A stretch of 64,000 nucleotides of DNA, taken from the NCBI GenBank assembly GCA_963693365.1, contig CAVNZM010000006.1:4567264-4631263 (forward strand). The letters run 5' to 3'. A program made the translations under genes and the position numbers. The stretch comes from Amoebidium appalachense. Lineage: Eukaryota; Protista; Ichthyosporea. Shown here piece after piece: positions 60,894 through 64,000 of the stretch (positions within the stretch are counted from its first letter, which is position 1; every line of letters starts with the position of its first letter). The notes below the pieces were generated by a model, which ran no database searches, was not told the origin of the DNA, and was given only the letters and a program-made list of their open reading frames with translations.

Positions 60894-61371
60894 TGGGTCC
60901 GATCCTGCGTGCTTCCCTCTCCCCGCCCCTCTTCGCCTGAGTATTTTTAAGCCTTCTACGATTGGTTATCACGACCCCATGAAACTCTATAGCGCATTCT
61001 AACCTCCCCCCCCCTTAGGTATCGACGGGGGAGCTTCCTAGAAGCCCCGTCTCCTGAGTTCCTATCTATATTTTTCTTGCTTCTGCTTACTGCTGCAACT
61101 TTAACCCCCGGCCTTTCCCACTGCCCTTGCCTGCATAAGCAACCCTGCTCGTCTCTGATCAAGACGGGTGACCTACTCATGTTCAAGTGAAACAGTATCT
61201 GAGTTGGGTTTCGTTAACGAGGGGAATAGGTCGAAACTCGGGTACTGTGGATGACGTGGGCCCCCCCTGAGGATGGGCTCTGCTTATTATGCATACTCTT
61301 TATGTATGGCTTGCATTCTGCATCGTGTTATCCGTTTGTTCTTGTGTACTTCGTACTTTTTGACGCATTCA

Positions 61372-61406
<35 letters not shown>

Positions 61407-61911
61407 CCCCCCTTCGCCCAGGCTCAATGCCACGCAGGTGGAGGCACTTGACAAGCTCTTGGCGCTGATTGACGTCATCAATCAGACCGTGGGAGATGCC
61501 CTGTCGGACTGTCTCATGGTGGAGGCTATTCTGAGCCAGAAGGGGGTAGGTACCTCCTGCATGAAGAATGTGTGTGTGTACGCACACAGGCATGCACACC
61601 ACCGGGCATACATGCATACACACACACACACACACACACACGGGCCCGGGCACGAGCACGGGCACACGCACGCACGCACGAACGCACGCACACATGCTCA
61701 TCCCTCAGTGCCTTCGTCCCCCCTCCACTTATGTTGCTCACTTTGTATGCCCTTTTTTTTTGCACATCCACAGGTGAGTCACTTGTTTGGTGCACCGCAG
61801 CCTCCGCACCCCCCTCCCTCCCCCCCCCCCCCCCCCCCCGCACCACCACCACCACTATTTCACACGTGCAACCACACACGCACACAAACACACACACACA
61901 CACACACACAC

Positions 61912-61958
<47 letters not shown>

Positions 61959-62628
61959 TACACGTACACGTACGCTCAAGAGGCACACAAGCACACACAC
62001 ACACACTCTCTCTCTCTCTTCTCTCTCTCTCTCCTCCCCCCCCCCTTCCCCCCTCTCTCTTCCCCCTGGGCTCTGTTAAGTGTTTTCTGCCTGCACGCTT
62101 AAATTGTTTGATTTTGGATTTCCCACCTTTGTGACGCTATGTTGTTGCTCTTTGTTGTCTCCTCCATATTTCCAACCCTCTAACGCATACATCATCCCCC
62201 CCCCACCTCCCCCCCCCCCCCCCCCCCCCCCCCACGTTCTCTTTTTCACTTACACGTACACGTACACAGTGGACCCTCCGTGACTGGAACGCCTGCTACA
62301 CCGACCTCCCCAGCCGTCAGCTCAAGGTCTCCGTCAAGGATCGCAGTGTCATCACCACCACCGATGCTGAGAGGATTGCTGTGACCCCTGCCGGTCTGCA
62401 GGATGCAATTAATGCCGCTGTGGCCAAATACCCCAAGGGCAGGAGTTTTGTCAGGTATATAAAAAATCAACCCCCTTCTTTCCCCCCCCCCCTGCATTGG
62501 GTTGTCTGTCGTGGATGTGTGCTATGCACTCTGTAACATCACTTGCCCCCCCCCCCCCCCAAAAAAAAAAGGGGGGGGGGGGGGGGGGGGGGGGGGGAGG
62601 GCCGGCCTGCACCATTGTTTTCATTTCG

Positions 62629-62660
<32 letters not shown>

Positions 62661-63042
62661 GTCTCGGCACGTGTACAGGAAGGGGTGTTTGTTTGGGTAG
62701 GCAAGGCAACCTGTTTTTTGTTTTTTTTTCTCGAAGGGTTGGTGGGGGGGGAGGGGGCAGGGGGGGCATGGTCGACAAGTTAATTTTCAGGATTTATCAA
62801 CCCCCACCTGACCACGCCCGTGTCTCCATCAACCCACCCATTCTCTCTCTCACCCGCGCGTACACACACGCGCGCGCACGCGCACACGCACGCACGTACG
62901 CAGGCCGTCGGGTACCGAGGATGTTGTGCGTGTGTATGCGGAGGCGGAGACACAGACACAGACGGACGAACTTGCTTATGAGGTGGCTGCTATTGTCCAT
63001 GCAATGGCTGGCGGTACTGGCCCGGTCCCGGCCAAGAAGTAG
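52165..63042 (+). CDS. PGM3: Phosphoacetylglucosamine mutase (PGM3/AGM1), ~542 aa
   Basis: Exons 52165-52265, 52790-52907, 54890-55071, 56148-56352, 56864-57001, 57998-58121, 59434-59591, 60280-60434, 61422-61545, 62270-62454, 62904-63042. Motifs [49 protein letters not shown]. Confidence 0.96.
53308..53637 (+). mobile_element. Poly-C-associated repeat subfamily A, copy 2 (PGM3 intron 2), core GAAA mutated to AAAA
   Basis: Aligns to 10067-10426 with scattered substitutions; G->A at 53496. Confidence 0.85.
57403..57581 (+). mobile_element. 5'-truncated subfamily A copy (PGM3 intron 5)
   Basis: Matches the 3' half of 10067-10426; same 3' end into poly-C. Confidence 0.85.
58552..59121 (+). mobile_element. 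Two head-to-tail subfamily B copies (short 58552-58688; long ~58696-59121) in PGM3 intron 6
   Basis: Both end GCATTCAAA-Cn. Long copy has an intact core: GUU ending 58921, GAAA 58953-58956, CUGAGGA 58987-58993. Confidence 0.85.
60709..60781 (+). tRNA. tRNA-Arg(CCG), inside PGM3 intron 8
   Basis: Acceptor GGGCGTA/TACGCTC, anticodon arm TCTGC-CTCCGGA-GCAGA, T arm GCAGG-TTCAAAT-CCTGC, followed by an oligo-T Pol III terminator. Confidence 0.92.
61014..61373 (+). mobile_element. Poly-C-associated repeat subfamily A, copy 4 (PGM3 intron 8), intact core
   Basis: Essentially identical to 10067-10426. GUU 61203-61205, GAAA 61233-61236, CUGAGGA 61267-61273. Confidence 0.85.
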
Positions 63043-63633
63043 ATATACAGGAGATAGTTCTCACGTATTTTCGTTGAAATTTCAAGTATCTTGGGCTCTA
63101 GAATATGATACGTGTTTGCTTGCTGCTCGAGACTTACACAAAGGCATTATATTATAACTTATATTGCTTCATATTTACTTATGGTCAAAAGTTTGTGTAT
63201 TTGGTGGAAGGAGCTGGCATAAGGAACGATTTGTTGCTCCAGCAAATTCGAATAGTTGTGCTCATCCAAATCTAATGAATATATTCATTTTGTGGTTTTC
63301 TTAGTTTGATACGTGGTATATTATCCCATCCATCTAAAGATAAATATGTGTGTGCAGGTGCTGCCACACTGTGTGTGGTATGCATGCTGGCCACATACTC
63401 CAGTTACAGATAAACAAACCGGCATGACGTGTGTATGATTTTACACGAATGGCATGCCGGGGATACGTCCCAAAAAGGTACTTGACTGAGTCCCGGAGTC
63501 CATCCCCTCCTCCTCCTCCCCCCCCCCCCCCCCCTTCCCCCCTTCCCTCCTCCCCCCCTCCCCCCCCCCCCCCCCCCCCCACCACCACCACCACCACACA
63601 CACACACACAACCTTGGCGCCCCTCCTGACTCA

Positions 63634-63764
63634 GAGGATGGGCTCTGCTTATTTTACATATTGCGCGCGTTGCTGATGTTGCATACATGAATGTTTGCTT
63701 TTGCCTGTGTCCTGCTCCGTGTTTCTCATCTTGTACTCGTACTTAAATACCGTATTTCACATTC

Positions 63765-63767
<3 letters not shown>
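63634..63767 (+). mobile_element. Diverged 3' fragment of the subfamily B-like repeat
   Basis: GAGGATGGGCTCTGCTTAT...GCTGATGTTGCATAC...CATTCTAA followed by poly-C. Confidence 0.75.
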
Positions 63768-63802
<35 letters not shown>

Positions 63803-64000
63803 ATTTTTATGCATGCATTTCATGTGTGGTTTGCCTCTGCATTGTGTTGTCCGTCATGACTATCATCGGTCCGAGAATGCATATTTCCGTAGTTGATCAG
63901 ATGGTTGATCTAATATCACTGACAACCCCCCCCCCCCTCCCCCCCCCGTCTCTCTCTCTCTCTCTCTCAAATCCCAAACTCAACCACAAACATGTAGTAC

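Overview
Intron-rich eukaryotic genomic DNA. The organism cannot be determined from sequence; an opisthokont protist is a guess from the CYC1/PGM3 sequences. The window is saturated with poly-C/poly-G, (CA)n/(GT)n and (GA)n tracts, which explain most ORFs in the six-frame track. By manual splicing I reconstruct a 7-exon calpain with two C-terminal LIM domains, two tandem 7-exon SGNH/GDSL hydrolases, 7-exon cytochrome c1 and 11-exon PGM3 (divergent pair), plus a DUSP catalytic exon. Also present are an intronless secreted Cys-rich/ricin-B-like gene with a frameshifted paralog, an intronic tRNA-Arg(CCG) and several MITE-like elements. The main discovery candidate is a repeat family with at least two subfamilies, found mostly in introns, always on the + strand, 5'-truncated and 3'-anchored in poly-C tracts. 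Its conserved core holds all hammerhead ribozyme catalytic nucleotides (GUU cleavage triplet, GAAA, CUGAGGA) in a non-circularly permuted order. Compensatory changes in stems I, II and III between subfamilies and a conserved kink-turn support the fold. Ribozyme activity and retrotransposition mechanism are inferred, not shown.
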